This document shows, piece after piece, positions 14,640 to 27,001 of a stretch of DNA of 64,000 nt (the stretch's first letter is position 1; every line of letters begins with the position of its first letter). The DNA comes from Stegostoma tigrinum. Lineage: Eukaryota. The position numbers were made by a program, and so were the translations under genes. The notes below the pieces were generated by a model that saw only the letters and a program-made list of their open reading frames with translations, was not told where the DNA came from and made no database searches. The stretch spans positions 21,288,629 to 21,352,628 of the forward strand of contig NC_081391.1 of NCBI RefSeq assembly GCF_030684315.1, read 5' to 3'.

Positions 14640-14960
14640 GGAATCATAGAAAATAAATGTTGAGTCGGCCATTCATCCCTTCCAGCCTGCTCTGCCATTC
14701 CATGTGATTGTGGCTGATTCCATAACTCAGCACCATATTCTCACCCTCTCTGCATTCCCTTTTGATCCAGCCCTCAAAGCTCTCCCCAATTCCTGTTTTG
14801 GCTTCAATCCTTTTCTGTGGCAGAGAATTCCACAGGATCCACCACCCCGCCCCCCGAGGTGAAGAGATTTCTCCTCACCTCAGTTCTAAATGTATCCTTA
14901 GACTGCAAACCCTGGTCCTGAACTCCCCCATAATCAGGAACATCCTTCCTGTCTTTTCCA
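14640..14960 (-). mobile_element. Old minus-strand CR1-type 3' fragment in Y-type spacers (also ~29450-29780, 42895-43215, 54820-55140)
   Basis: Reverse complement gives ...LFTSGVVNLWNSLPQK-like sequence and an ATGAATGGCCGACTC...TTCTATGATTC tail. Confidence 0.55.
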
Positions 14961-15220
14961 CAGCTGACACTGTTACAATTTTCTATGATCCAGAGACAAT
15001 TTCCCAACTTTCTTTCCCAAATCCCAGCATAACAAGCTGAGAAACTGATGCCCCTCTTCCTCATTGAATCCCTCGTGCAGTTGCTCACAACCACCTTAAT
15101 TAAAAAAAATGTGAAAACTTTTCTCAAACCAAATTGACTTATTTTAAAAAAGAACCAAATGACCCATGACCTGATTGAGTGGTGCAGAAGGTTTGAGATG
15201 CCGAATGGCCTCCTGCTGTT

Positions 15221-15413
15221 CCAATCACAGAATAACCATCCAGACCTGGCTCTCATCTCCACCTCTGATCAGCTCTGCTTAACACACCCTCCCCCTCTCT
15301 CTCATTGGTGCCTGTTTGCAGGGGTGGTTCCTGATTGGCCACCAGCAACTGTCAGTCATCATCAGTTCTGCCTCTCTCTGTGTGACTGCAGGATGGTCCC
15401 AGGACTATAAATA
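15221..15413 (+). promoter_or_regulatory. Ferritin C promoter
   Basis: CCAAT 15221, inverted CCAAT (ATTGG) 15304 and 15334, TATAAATA 15406-15413, 77 nt before ATG. Confidence 0.75.
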
Positions 15414-15482
15414 CAAGAGCCTGTGGGAGAGAGAGACTTAGTTCTAGAGTTTTCTTGGTGCTTGTGAGCAGGAATAGTGAAG

Positions 15483-17758
15483 ATGGTTTCCCAAGTGTGT
15501 CAGAACTACCACCAGGACTGTGAGGATGCTGTTAACAAGCAGATCAACCTGGAGCTCTATTCCTCCTATGTTTACCTCTCCATGGTGAGCTTTGTGGAAT
15601 TGAAGCCTGTGCTATGATAGTGTTGACCTGTTTGGTTTTTATGCTGGGTTAATGAATTAGCTGTAACATGTATTATTTTCTGTGGCCCTTCCCCTGTTGT
15701 AATCTAGTGCAGGTCTTATCACTGACTCTCTGTTCAAAACTTGATCACTGTCTTCATGTCCAACTGGCTCCTGGATGTGGATGCCCAGCTTGCTGTCTCT
15801 GGACAATGTAACCCTTGGTGATTTTTTTCATCTAACTCTGGAGGGATGATCTGGTCTTGGTCAATAATTAATTTTTGTAAAACTTTGGTTGTATTCCTTT
15901 TCTCAACAAAAGCTTTTCCTGACACAAATATACTCCTTTTTTAAAACCTTGCCCTATTCACCGGACTGTCTTGTGCTCAAGATGTCAAGTTCCCTGAACT
16001 AAAAGAACAGCTGCTGCTAGACATTAAACACTAACAAAAATAGCTAGAAAAGCTCTACAGAGCTGGAAGAAATCCAAGCTCTGGGTCCATTGACCCTTTC
16101 TCAGAAGTGGCTTTGAGCTATGCAATGTGAGGAAAGGGGCACATTTTCAGACTATGTACGTGTTTTTTTTTCTTTCTCTCTCTAACAAAGCAGTTAAAAT
16201 TCTGTGGAGTGGGTGGTAGGACACTGCGGTTATTCAGGTGGGTGATAGTGATAATGAGACTGCTGACTGAGCTTTCTGGTTGTGTTAATGAACACATGTC
16301 CCTTCATTCAGTTGGACAGGGGCCGAACTGGTCTCCACCTCCTGAACAATAGTGTTTCTAACCTGCAGAGCAGGGATGTCTAATGGCTCTAGACAGCTCT
16401 CCCCTTCATCATCCATGGAAGGTGACTTCCTGCTTTGTCTGTTTTTTTAACCACTTAAATGTGGAATCCAGATGGTGCCCAGGTTAGTTCCAGAGTGAGG
16501 AGTGTCATTCATGAATTTCAGACAGTTTCCTTTTAGCCTCTCTTCCCACAGTTCTCTTACTTTGACCGGGATGATGTTGCCCTGCATCACTTTGCTGAGT
16601 TCTTCAAGGAGCAGTCCCATGAGGAACGGGAACACGCTGAGAAACTGATGGCATTCCAGAATAAACGTGGAGGTCGAGTCCTCCTGCAGGACATTAAGGT
16701 TAGATTCTGAAGCCTTCTGTTTGCAGCTTTTTGTGAGCAGCTACAATCGACTGGTATCTCCATCTATTTAGCTTTAGCCTTGAACAAATACTGTGTGAAG
16801 GGGAGGGTGTTCACCAAAATAGGATTCCTTTAGGTTGAAAGGAAATACTCTGCACTTATGAGGGCAATTGAGAGGAACCAGAATAGTGAGTAGATATCAA
16901 TGTGAATGACTCTCCTTCAGACAGAATGAGGTAACAAAAGCTAAGACAGGAAATTGTTGCACTGTGGAAAGTAGCAGTGTCCAGCCTTTCTGAATCTGGA
17001 AGATGTTTCTAACACCACAATAGTGAAGCCAGGAACTACTTCCATTGGTACCTATTCTCTACATGTGAATTCTGAGAATCTACATTAACAGTAGAATGTG
17101 TTTAGAAAATTTGTTATTCCCTCAGTACAAAATCTAGTTGTTGTCTTCAAATTAAAGTTGGTTTGCAGTACCTCCCCTACAATGATGAGGGATAACTAAC
17201 TGATCAGATGTAGACTGATGATACAACTGCCTGCTGAACTGTGCTTTCTGTTCCTGCTTCCCTCCCTCCAGAAGCCAGAGCAGGATGAGTGGGGCAGTGG
17301 TCTGGAGGCAATGCAGAGAGCTCTGCAGATGGAGAAGGATGTGAACCAGAGTCTGCTGGATCTGCACAAACTCGCCTCTGGCCACACTGACCCTCATGTG
17401 AGTTTGTAAATTTTCTTCTTGGAAGAAAGTGGTGTGTTTGTGCACTCTCTGGGTAAAAATCCAATTACCTTCTCCCAGCCTCCTGCAGGCTGTTAAAACA
17501 AACTTACAAATGCATCACCTCAGTGGACCTCCACCTGGTTGTGATGGTCACATCTGTCATGGGGGTCACTTTCAGACACTTTTGATCCTCTGGATTAATT
17601 TTCTCTTCCAGCTGTGTGACTTCCTGGAGAGGCAATACTTGGATGAGCAAGTGAAGATGATCAAGAAGCTGGGAGATCACATCACCAACCTGAAGAGACT
17701 GGGAGCCCCTGACAATGGCATGGGAGAGTACCTGTTTGACAGGCTCACACTCGGCTGA
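15483..17758 (+). CDS. Ferritin unit C, intact 173 aa. Exons 15483-15584, 16552-16698, 17272-17397, 17612-17758
   Basis: [34 protein letters not shown]...DRLTLG*; canonical splice sites; ATTAAA polyA signal at 17827. Confidence 0.95.
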
Positions 17759-19833
17759 ATGGGGTCAATAATGTGTATGTTGTACATGGTGACATAATGC
17801 TAGTAACTTGGTTGTGCTCTGAGCAAATTAAAATAGTGTTCACCATGCAACTGAGTACTTTGCATAATTTCACAGCTGCTTCTGGCTCTTGGTATTGCTG
17901 TTTGACACCTGATCATGAAGTGTTTTTCTGTTCTGATTAACCTTTGATTCAATGCCTGCCCCACTGGCTTGCTCCTTTTCTCTTGTTTGTAGGAATTAGG
18001 TGGGCAATCCTTGTAGTGGAAATTCCACAAGTGTTCAGTTTGGGTTTTTTTGGCTAGTAAGCAGTGTTGTATTGACTTCTTTATTCCAAACCAGCTTCTG
18101 GTCAATATCTTCAGTGAAACCAGCCCCCTGTCTCAATGTTAGACACTGCCCTTGCAAATGTTTAGGTCTCTTTTGTAAATCAGCAGGGGCAGGAAATAGC
18201 AAGTTTGGGGAGCATCTGTGGAGAGAAAACTGTTCAGTCCCAGGACCCAAGCTTTCCAGCAATTTTGTTGTCGCACTTCAAATCTAATGATTTGAGCATA
18301 CATTCACTCTTTTTGGAACAGGAATATATATAGCAGAACATCCAGCATTTCAGATGCACTGATCTTTAGCATTTAGATAAGCAATTGTGTCCAGATCTGG
18401 GAAATTGGTTTCCCTCTTTTGCTGCGGTGGTGGAAGGAGTGAGGGCAGTGGCTGTTTGTAGGAGAATGGCAAAGTTTATTTTCTTGTGTATCAGTCTCTC
18501 TGCTTCTAGACAATGATCCTGATTACGTAATGAAGCAGTCCCCACCTTCGAGCCCCTGTGCTAGAACTTCATCACTTCTCTGCAGTCTAAGGACGCCAAA
18601 TGCTCATGACACCAGGAGAAAATAAAGCTCGAACCCAAATGCCACTGGCAGAAAGCAGCAGTTCCTATTCTTAGCAAGGAAATAAGCTCTCCTGATGTAG
18701 ATTGACTGACTGGAATGTACCTACACCTGCAGAGCACTCTGGCTGCCGAATTACTGATGCTCAGGGGTGACAGATTCCTTTATAAAAAGGATGAGGATGT
18801 CTCTGAGCTGACACCATTTATCCATTTCCGATTGCCCCCCGCCAAAGCCAGGTCAGAGTGTCACGCTTTGCTGTGGTTGCAGTGTCATATGCAGGCCAGA
18901 CTAAGTAAGGATGCATTTTTGACACTGAATTTAATGCTACTCATCAGTTTCTTAATTCTAGAACTCCAGAGAGTTGTTGCACAGAATTAGAAGATCAGTC
19001 CACCACTCCAGAAATGTGATGGCCTCCCGCTCCCACCAGCCACGAGATTCATTCTTTGCACCACTGACACACACAGAGTACACTGTGTACTGCCTCCCAA
19101 AAGCTGCAGAAATCCACCATCGCTCCTGAGACAATACTTTCCATAGCCCTAATTACGTGCCATGGGAGAAAAGCATCTCATACAGGGGAACACCACCCCC
19201 TCTAACTACTCCACCAAGCGACATGCCATCCTGAGTTGGAAACGTGACCCGCCATGCTCCAGGGTCGGTGGATCAGAATCCTGGAATTCCCTCACTCGGA
19301 ACATTATGGATCTGACGACAGCAAATAGGCAACAGCAATTCAAGAAGGAAAGCCACCACATTCTCTCATGGTGAGCCTGATCTCAGACCGGGTCCAATAC
19401 CTCGGGATGGGCCTTCTTTTGTGAAATTGTCAAGTCCTAGTTCAACCCCATCTGGAGTGCACTGTTCCAGTAGGTTCAATCCAAAGATGCTTATGCACAG
19501 AATTTCTGGAATGAACCTGGGCAGAAAGTTAATTGGCTACGATGATAATAGTTTTCCCAAGTCTCTCGGTGTAGAAGTGGAAGGGATGTCTGTGCTTGAA
19601 ATTTACAAGTGGATTCATGGATTTGATAGGGTAGATAGAGAGATCCTGCTTCTTTTCAATTCCATTCCAGGACCGAGAGTGGGGAATATGATTACATTCC
19701 TAGTAGTAGAAGTAAATCATCCATGATAAAGCAAAAAACAGCTGCTTTTTGGAAAGGATAATATGTGAATGAGCAGTTAGATATTTATTCGGTAGGATAT
19801 TGATGTTGCCAATCACTTTCCCATTGCAACATA

Positions 19834-20995
19834 TGACCAAACAGGTAGATGAGAGAAAACCGGTTGATGTGGTGTATATGGATTTCGGCAAGGCTTTCGA
19901 TTAGGCTATTGTACAAAATACGGAGGAATGGGATTGTGGGAGATATAGCAGTTTGGATCAGAAATTGGCTTGCTGAAAGAAGACAGCGTGGTGGTTGATG
20001 GGAAATGTTCATCCTAGAGACCGGTTACTCGCGGTGTACCGCAAGGGTCGGTGCTGGGTCCACTGCTGTTTGTCATTTTTATAAACGTAGAAGGATGGGT
20101 TAGTAAATTTGCAGACGACACGAAGGTCGGTGGAGATGTGGATAGTGACGAAGAATGTTGTAGGTTACAGAGAGACGTAGATAAGTTGCAGAGCTGGGCT
20201 GAGAGGTGGCAAACGGAGGTTAATGCGGACAAGTGTGAGGTGTTGTACTTTGGTAGGAGGAACCGGAAGGCAAAGTACTGTAAGATTCTTGGTAGTGTAG
20301 ATGAGCAGAGAGATCTCGGTGACCATGTACACAGATCCTTGAAAGTTGCCACCCAGGTTGACAGGGTTGTTAAGAAGGCATACAGTGTTTTAGCTTTTAT
20401 GAATCCAGGGATCATGTTCCGGAACCAAGAGGTTATGCTGCAGCTGTACAAAACTCTGGTGCGGCCGCACTTGGAGCATTGCGTACAATTCTGGTCACCG
20501 CATTATAAGAAGGATGTGGAAGTTTTGGAAAGGGTGCAGAGGAGGTTTACTAGGATGTTGCCTGGTATGGAGGGAAAGTCTTACGAGGAAAGGCTGAGGG
20601 ACTTGAGGCTGTTCTCGTTAGAGAGAAGAAGGTTGAGAGGTGACTTAATTGAGACATATAAGATAATCAAAGGGTTAGACAGGTTGGATAGGGAGAGCCT
20701 TTTCCCTAGGACGGAAACGGCGAGCACGAGGGGGCATAGCTTTAAATTGAGGGGTGAAAGATATAGGACAGATGTCAGAGGTAGTTGCTTTACTCAGAGA
20801 ATAGGAAGGGTATGGAACGCTTTGCCTACAACGGTCGTAGATTCACCAACTTTAAGTACATTTAAGTCGTCATTGGACAAGCATATGGACGTACGTGGAA
20901 TAGTGTTGGTTAGATGAGCTTCAGATCGGTATGACAGGTCGGCACAACGTCAGGGCCGAAGGGCCTGTACTGTGCTGTAATGTTCTATGTTCTAT
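19834..20995 (+). mobile_element. 5'-truncated CR1 LINE, same insertion event as 3732-4907
   Basis: RT ORF 20051-20917; TSD AACATA; same truncation point and internal deletions. Confidence 0.93.
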
Positions 20996-22127
20996 AACAT
21001 AAAAGATTAATGCATTTTGGTTGAGAAACATAGAAAGACAAAACAGGCTCGATGTTACAAATCTGAGGTGAGTACGGGAGCAGAGGGACTTTGGGTTTCA
21101 AGTATGTGATTATCTGAAAGTGGCCGAGCGGGACTAACCTGCTATGAAGAAGGCTTTTGTGAAATGTGTGTTTTCAAATAGATGCGGAGAGTATAAAAGC
21201 GAGGAATAGATGTTACACCTCCACAAATCATGGGTTAGACCACATTTGCAGTACTGTGTTCAGTTCTGGGCATGGTATTTAAGGAAGGACATTAAAGCCC
21301 TCGACAGAGTTCAAAGGGCATTTACGAGAATGACACCAGGAATGAGGGATTTCAGATACAAGGAAAGATGAAGGAAATTGGGATAAATCTCCTTGAAGCA
21401 TAGTTGATTAAGAGGTGTCCCCGTTGAAGTGACAAAAATAATGAACATTCTGGCATGTAAAGGAGGATATCCTGTTTTCACCAGTTGATACGGCAGTGAT
21501 GAGGGGTCACAATTTGTCAGTAAGGGAGCTCTGAGATGAGGACAAACCTCTCTATTCAGAAGGTTGTTAGGATTTGGAATCTGATGCCTGGGAGAGTGGC
21601 GGAGGTAGATCCCATAGGTGGCTTCAAAACAAGAGCTGGATATATACTTGGGAGTGACGAATATAGAGGGTGTAGGGCTGGAGAGGGGGACTAGGTGGGT
21701 AGCTCTTTCGGAAGCCGATACGGACATGATGGGCTGAATGGCCTCTGTCGTTAAAAATCCTCTGAATGTCCACCCAGGAACTTTTGTAAATTTTGGGTTT
21801 GTATTCCTCTCAGTCTTAAATGTCCAACCCAGTCCTCTTACATCAGGATACCCTGATCCTGGACTCCCCCATCATTGGGAACATCCTTCCTGTCCTTGCC
21901 CCGTCTGATCCTCTCACAGTTTTCTATGACCCAGAGCCAATTTGCCACCTTTCTGTCTCATATCCCAGCACAACAGGCTGAGAAACTGACACCTCTTCTT
22001 CATTGACTTCCTCGTGCAGTTTGTCACAACCGCCTTAATTTAGAAACAAAATGTTAAAGCTTTTTTCAATTGCCAGTCATCATCAGTTCTGCCCTTCTCT
22101 GCGTCAGTGCGGGATGGCCCCCAGGAG

Positions 22128-22135
22128 TATAAATA
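22128..22135 (+). promoter_or_regulatory. TATA box of unit D; upstream CCAAT region deleted
   Basis: TATAAATA; junction TTTTCAA|TTGCCAGTC at ~22069 removes the CCAAT-box segment present in other units. Confidence 0.65.
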
Positions 22136-22201
22136 CAGAGCTTGTCGGGGAGCAACTCAGTTCTCGGGTGGTCTTGGTTTTAATGAACAAGGCTAGTGAT
22201 G

Positions 22202-24610
22202 ATGGCCTCCCAAGTGTGTCAGACCTACCACAAGGACTGTGAGGATGCTGTGAACAAACAGATCAACCTGGAGCTTTATTCCTCCTATGTTTACCTCTCC
22301 ATGGTGAGACTTGTGATCTTGAATGGTCTATTTCAGTGTTAGGGCTGTGATATGATTGTACTGAGCCTTTAAGTGGCTTCTTGCTCAATGATTTAGTACT
22401 ACCATATATCTTGTCTGTTGTCCTTCCTGGAATGAATCCTGTGAGTGCTCTTAATACTAATTCTGTAGCAATTTTAAGCTTGTCTTGTGTTGGAGCTGGC
22501 TCTTGTCTAGGAGTCCCCAGTATGTTGTAATTCTGGGCAGAGCACATTTTTGGTGCTGAGGGATGGCCTGGTTCTGCTTCTCAATTCAACTCCTCCTTCC
22601 ATGTTGATATCAATGGCCCATTTATATTTGAAATCATTTACATCCTTGTGGAAGCCTGCATCAGTCCAAATCTAACTTTTTATATCTTGTCCTTTTAATG
22701 AAGCCTTTTTTTTAATAAGCATCCTAACTGTGATTAACTACTGGAAATAAAAGACTAAAATGAGCTGCTGGAAAAGCTTAGTGGGTCTGGTAGGATCTGT
22801 GGTGAGAAATCAGTTCCTGTTTTTGGTCCAGTGACCTTTCCTTCATGGTTTTTAGTTGCTAATTATGAGGAGCAGACTTTTTCCACTCCCAAGATGGATT
22901 ATCTGGAACAAAAATCAGTCACTGTCTCTGTGCAGATGAGGTGTTAGGACAGTGGGGCTAAATCAGATGAGTGATGTTGGTAATGTGAGGAGCTCAGATT
23001 TCAGCTTCTCTTGGTCAACATGCACATGCCCCTTTGTTCAGTTGGACAATGCCCTGATTGGCTTCCAGCACTGGGTAATAGTGTTTCTGACCTGCAGTGC
23101 AGGGATGTCTAATGCCTGTTGCCAGCTGTGACCGTCACCGTGCACTGTCTCACCAAGTCACCGACCAGCGGTTGTAGCGGGTGCTACTTAATCTTTATTT
23201 CTAGATGTTTGAACAAATGTCTGTCTAGTTTAGTTTATGGATGACCATAAATGTAAATACCTGTCTTCTTACTGTCCATCTAACTTCCATTTCGTGAGCA
23301 AAACCAAGCTGAATTGAGTGAAATTTACTTCCCATTTTGTCTGTTTGCAGTTCTCTCTCTTTGACCGGGATGATGTTGCCCTCCATCACTTTGCTGAGTT
23401 CTTCAAGGAGCAGTCCCATGAGGAGCGGGAACACGCTGAGAAACTGATGGCATTCCAGAATAAACGTGGAGGCTGAGTCCTCCTGCAGGACATCAAGGTT
23501 GGATTCTGAGAATGTCTGTCTGTTTGCAGCTTTTTGAGCAGCTACAATCGACTGGTATCTCCATCTATTTAGCTTCAGGATTGATCAAATACTATGTCAA
23601 GGGCAAGTTGTTCACCAAAACAGGATTTGTTTAGGGAAAAGGGAAATACTTTGCATTTGTGACTCAATAGCAGAAGGCAATTCAGATGATCCAGGCTACT
23701 GGATGGTGAGCACATGTCCCTGTATGTGACTCTATATGGACAAGGTGAGGTAACAAAAGGTAAGGCTGAGAACTTGCAGCTACAAAAAGCAGCAGCATCC
23801 AACCTCACTACATCCAGAAGAGGTTTGTAATGCCTTGGGACCATTCTGGTCACTACATCAAACAGTAAAGCAAGGGATTACTTCCATTGCGACTGATTCT
23901 AGATACGACTTCTTTCAGAATTCACAGTAACAGTGAGATATGTTAACATTTCTTTATTCTCAGACCAGCATAAAATCTAGAGGGTTTTTGTATCCAAGTA
24001 AAATTTTTTGTCTGAATGTAACCCCTGGAAATGATGAGGGATAACTAACTGATCAGATGTAGACTAATGATAGAACTGCCTGCTGAGCTGTGCTTTCTGT
24101 TCCTGCTTCCCTCCCTTCAGAAGCCAGAGCAGGATGAGTGGGGCAATGGTCTGGAGGTGATGCAGAGAGCTCTGCAGATGGAGAAGGATGTGAACCAGAG
24201 TCTGCTGGATCTGCACAAACTTGCCTCTGACCACATAGACCCTCATGTGAGGTTTTATCCCTTTCCTGGAAGAAAGTGATCTGTTTGTGTACTTCCAGGG
24301 TGGGGAATCCAATTATTTTTCTACCTGCCTCCTGCAGGATGTTTAAACAAAACCTTGTGAAGGCATCACTTGCATGCCCCTCCCCCATAGTGAGGTGATG
24401 GTCACTTCTGTCATGGGAGGTCACTGACATTTTTTGATCCTTGTTGGATTAATTTTGTCTTCCAGCTGTGATTTCATGGAGAGGCACTACTTGGATAAGC
24501 AAGTGAAGATGATCAAGAAGCTGGGAGATCACATCACCAACCTGAAGAGACTGGGAGCCCCTGACAATGGCATGGGAGAGTACATGTTTGACAGGCTGCC
24601 ACTCCGTTGA
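22202..24610 (+). pseudogene. Ferritin unit D pseudogene. Exons 22202-22303, 23351-23497, 24121-24246, 24466-24610
   Basis: CGA>TGA stop at 23474-23476; 2-nt deletion at the start of exon 4 (CTG TGA); truncated promoter. Confidence 0.93.
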
Positions 24611-27001
24611 ATGGGGTCAATATCTATATCTGTTGTACATGGTGACCTCATTCTACTAAATGACTAGTTGTTCTCTGAGCAAATTAAAAGAGTGTTCACC
24701 ATGGAACTGAGTACAGTGTGTAATTTTCATAGCTTCCGGTTCTTGGAGGTTTTTTGTGTTTTAACATCTGGTAATCAAATCCATTTTCTGTTCTTTCTTG
24801 CAACCTTTGATTCAATGCCTGCCCCAGTAATTTGCTCGGTGTTTGCTTCTGCTGAGAGTCTGTAGGGATTGAGTGGGCAATCTTGTCCTTGGAAATGCCA
24901 CAACTGGCAAATATCTGCATTGCAGACAATGCCAGAACAAAATCTGTCCTCAGCTTTCCCAGGACAATTTTTCAGGACCAGCTTCGGCTCAAAACCATGA
25001 CTGAAATCTGTCCTGTGCCTAAACATTAGGCATTGCCAAGGCCTGTCCATTCATTCAATCTTCAGCATTTTTGGAAAAACCAAGCTGACACTGGAAACCA
25101 GGAACAAAAGCTGCTGGGAAATCTCAGGTTTGGTAGTGAGAAGTGTTGAACAGAACCGGGACACGAGACACGTGTTTATCTCTTGACTGATTTTGTTGCC
25201 ATGCCATGAGGTGTTTTGCACCTACTTGTTCTCTTGCTTAAATCCTACTGACTTTAATAGGTCACAAAATTCCTCATTACAAGGATATAAAGTTGACCAA
25301 TCGTGCAAGGTACACCTGCTTTTCTGCAATTGCTTACCATTTGCATGTTTCCTGAGCTAGAGAATTGTTTCTCTAGTATGTCCTTTCCATTCAGTAGAAT
25401 GAAAGCTCTGCTTTCTCCCTGACAATGCTAATGACTATGGCCTCTATTAGGCAATGAAGCAGTGCCCACCTTCTAAAGCATCTGCTGTAACTCCTGTCCT
25501 TGCTCTGCAATGCAAAGGTGACAAATGCTGAGGACACCTGATGACAATAAAGCAAAAACCAAAATACCACTTGCAGAAGTCAGTAGTTCCAATTTCCTTT
25601 ACATTTAATTGTGAAGAAAATCAGCTTTCTGATGTAATCTGGCCTCCATGTGGCTCCACACACGCTGCATTGGGTCTAGCTCATTGCTGTCAATCACAAT
25701 CAGTCACTGGTTTCTAATGGGTGACCACTGACAATTCCTTGACAGGATAAGGATGTCACTGACCAGGCAGCATTTATCCTCTGTCTGAACTGCCCATGGG
25801 CCCATTAGTCAACTACAGTGCTTTAGGCTTGGTGTCATATACTGGCCAGACCAGGTAAGGATGGCAGTTTGGCAGTTCCCTTCCCTGAATGACTTCAGTG
25901 AAAAGGATATTTTATTCAGACTAGGAATTGCATGCTCATTTTTAGGTTCATAATGCCCAAAGAGAGTTTTTCAGACAGAATCAGGACAATGGGCATCAGT
26001 CCCACACTCCAGAAGCTTAACAGTTGCCAGCTCAGAGCAGCCACGAGATTCACTCCTTCCACCACTGACACACAGGGACTGCAATGTGTACTATCACCAA
26101 ATGTTGTAGAAATCCACCAAAGCTCCCTAGACAACACCTTCCAAAGCCCCCATTACTTGCCATGGGACAAGGGCAGCAAATACATGGAACACAACCGCCT
26201 CTAAGTTCTACACCAAGCCATTCACCATCCTGAGTTGGAAACATGGTCCCATTCCCCTAGTGTGCTGGATCAGAATCCTGGAATTCCCTCCCGAACAGCA
26301 TTGGGGATCTGCCTACACCAAATGGGCAACAGCAATTCAAGAACGCAAGCCACCACATTTTCTCATCTAATGTTAGGCCTGATCTCCGAGGGTTTCAACT
26401 ACCTCTGGCTGATGGTTCTTTTGTGAAATTGTCAAGTTCTAGCTCAACCACAGCTGGAGTGCTCAGTTCTAACAGCTTCGACCCAAAGATGGTTATGCAC
26501 AGAATTTCTGCAATGAACTTGGACAGAGAGCTGGTTCATTGATGATAACAGTTTGTCCCAGTCCCTCTGTGTAGAAGGTTAAGGGATGGCTGTGTTTGAA
26601 ATTTCAAAGAGGATTAATGGATTTGACAGAGTGGACAGACAGAATCTGTTTCTTGTCTATGGTCATTGAGGACTGTGTGCAAAATAGGATTATAATTTTC
26701 ACATTACAACTAAATCATCCAGGATAGTGTCAAAAACAGCTTCTTTGTGGAGAAGATAATATGTGCACGTGCTGTTAGATGTTTATTGGGTAAGGCTTGA
26801 CTTTGACAATCACTTTCTAATTTCAACACTAAAAATATGTGAATAACACATTTTGTTTGAGAAACATAGAAAGACAAAACAGGCTCAATGTTCCAAATCT
26901 GATGTGAGTACAGGAGCAGAGAGACTTTGGGTTTCAAGTATGTGATTATCTGAAAGTGACCAGCCAAGATGATGCTGTTATTGAGAAGGCTGTGGTGAAC
27001 C

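Noticed and set aside
15350-15392. Antioxidant response element near GTCAGTCATC / GTGACTGCAG
   Set aside because: No exact TGACnnnGC match on either strand
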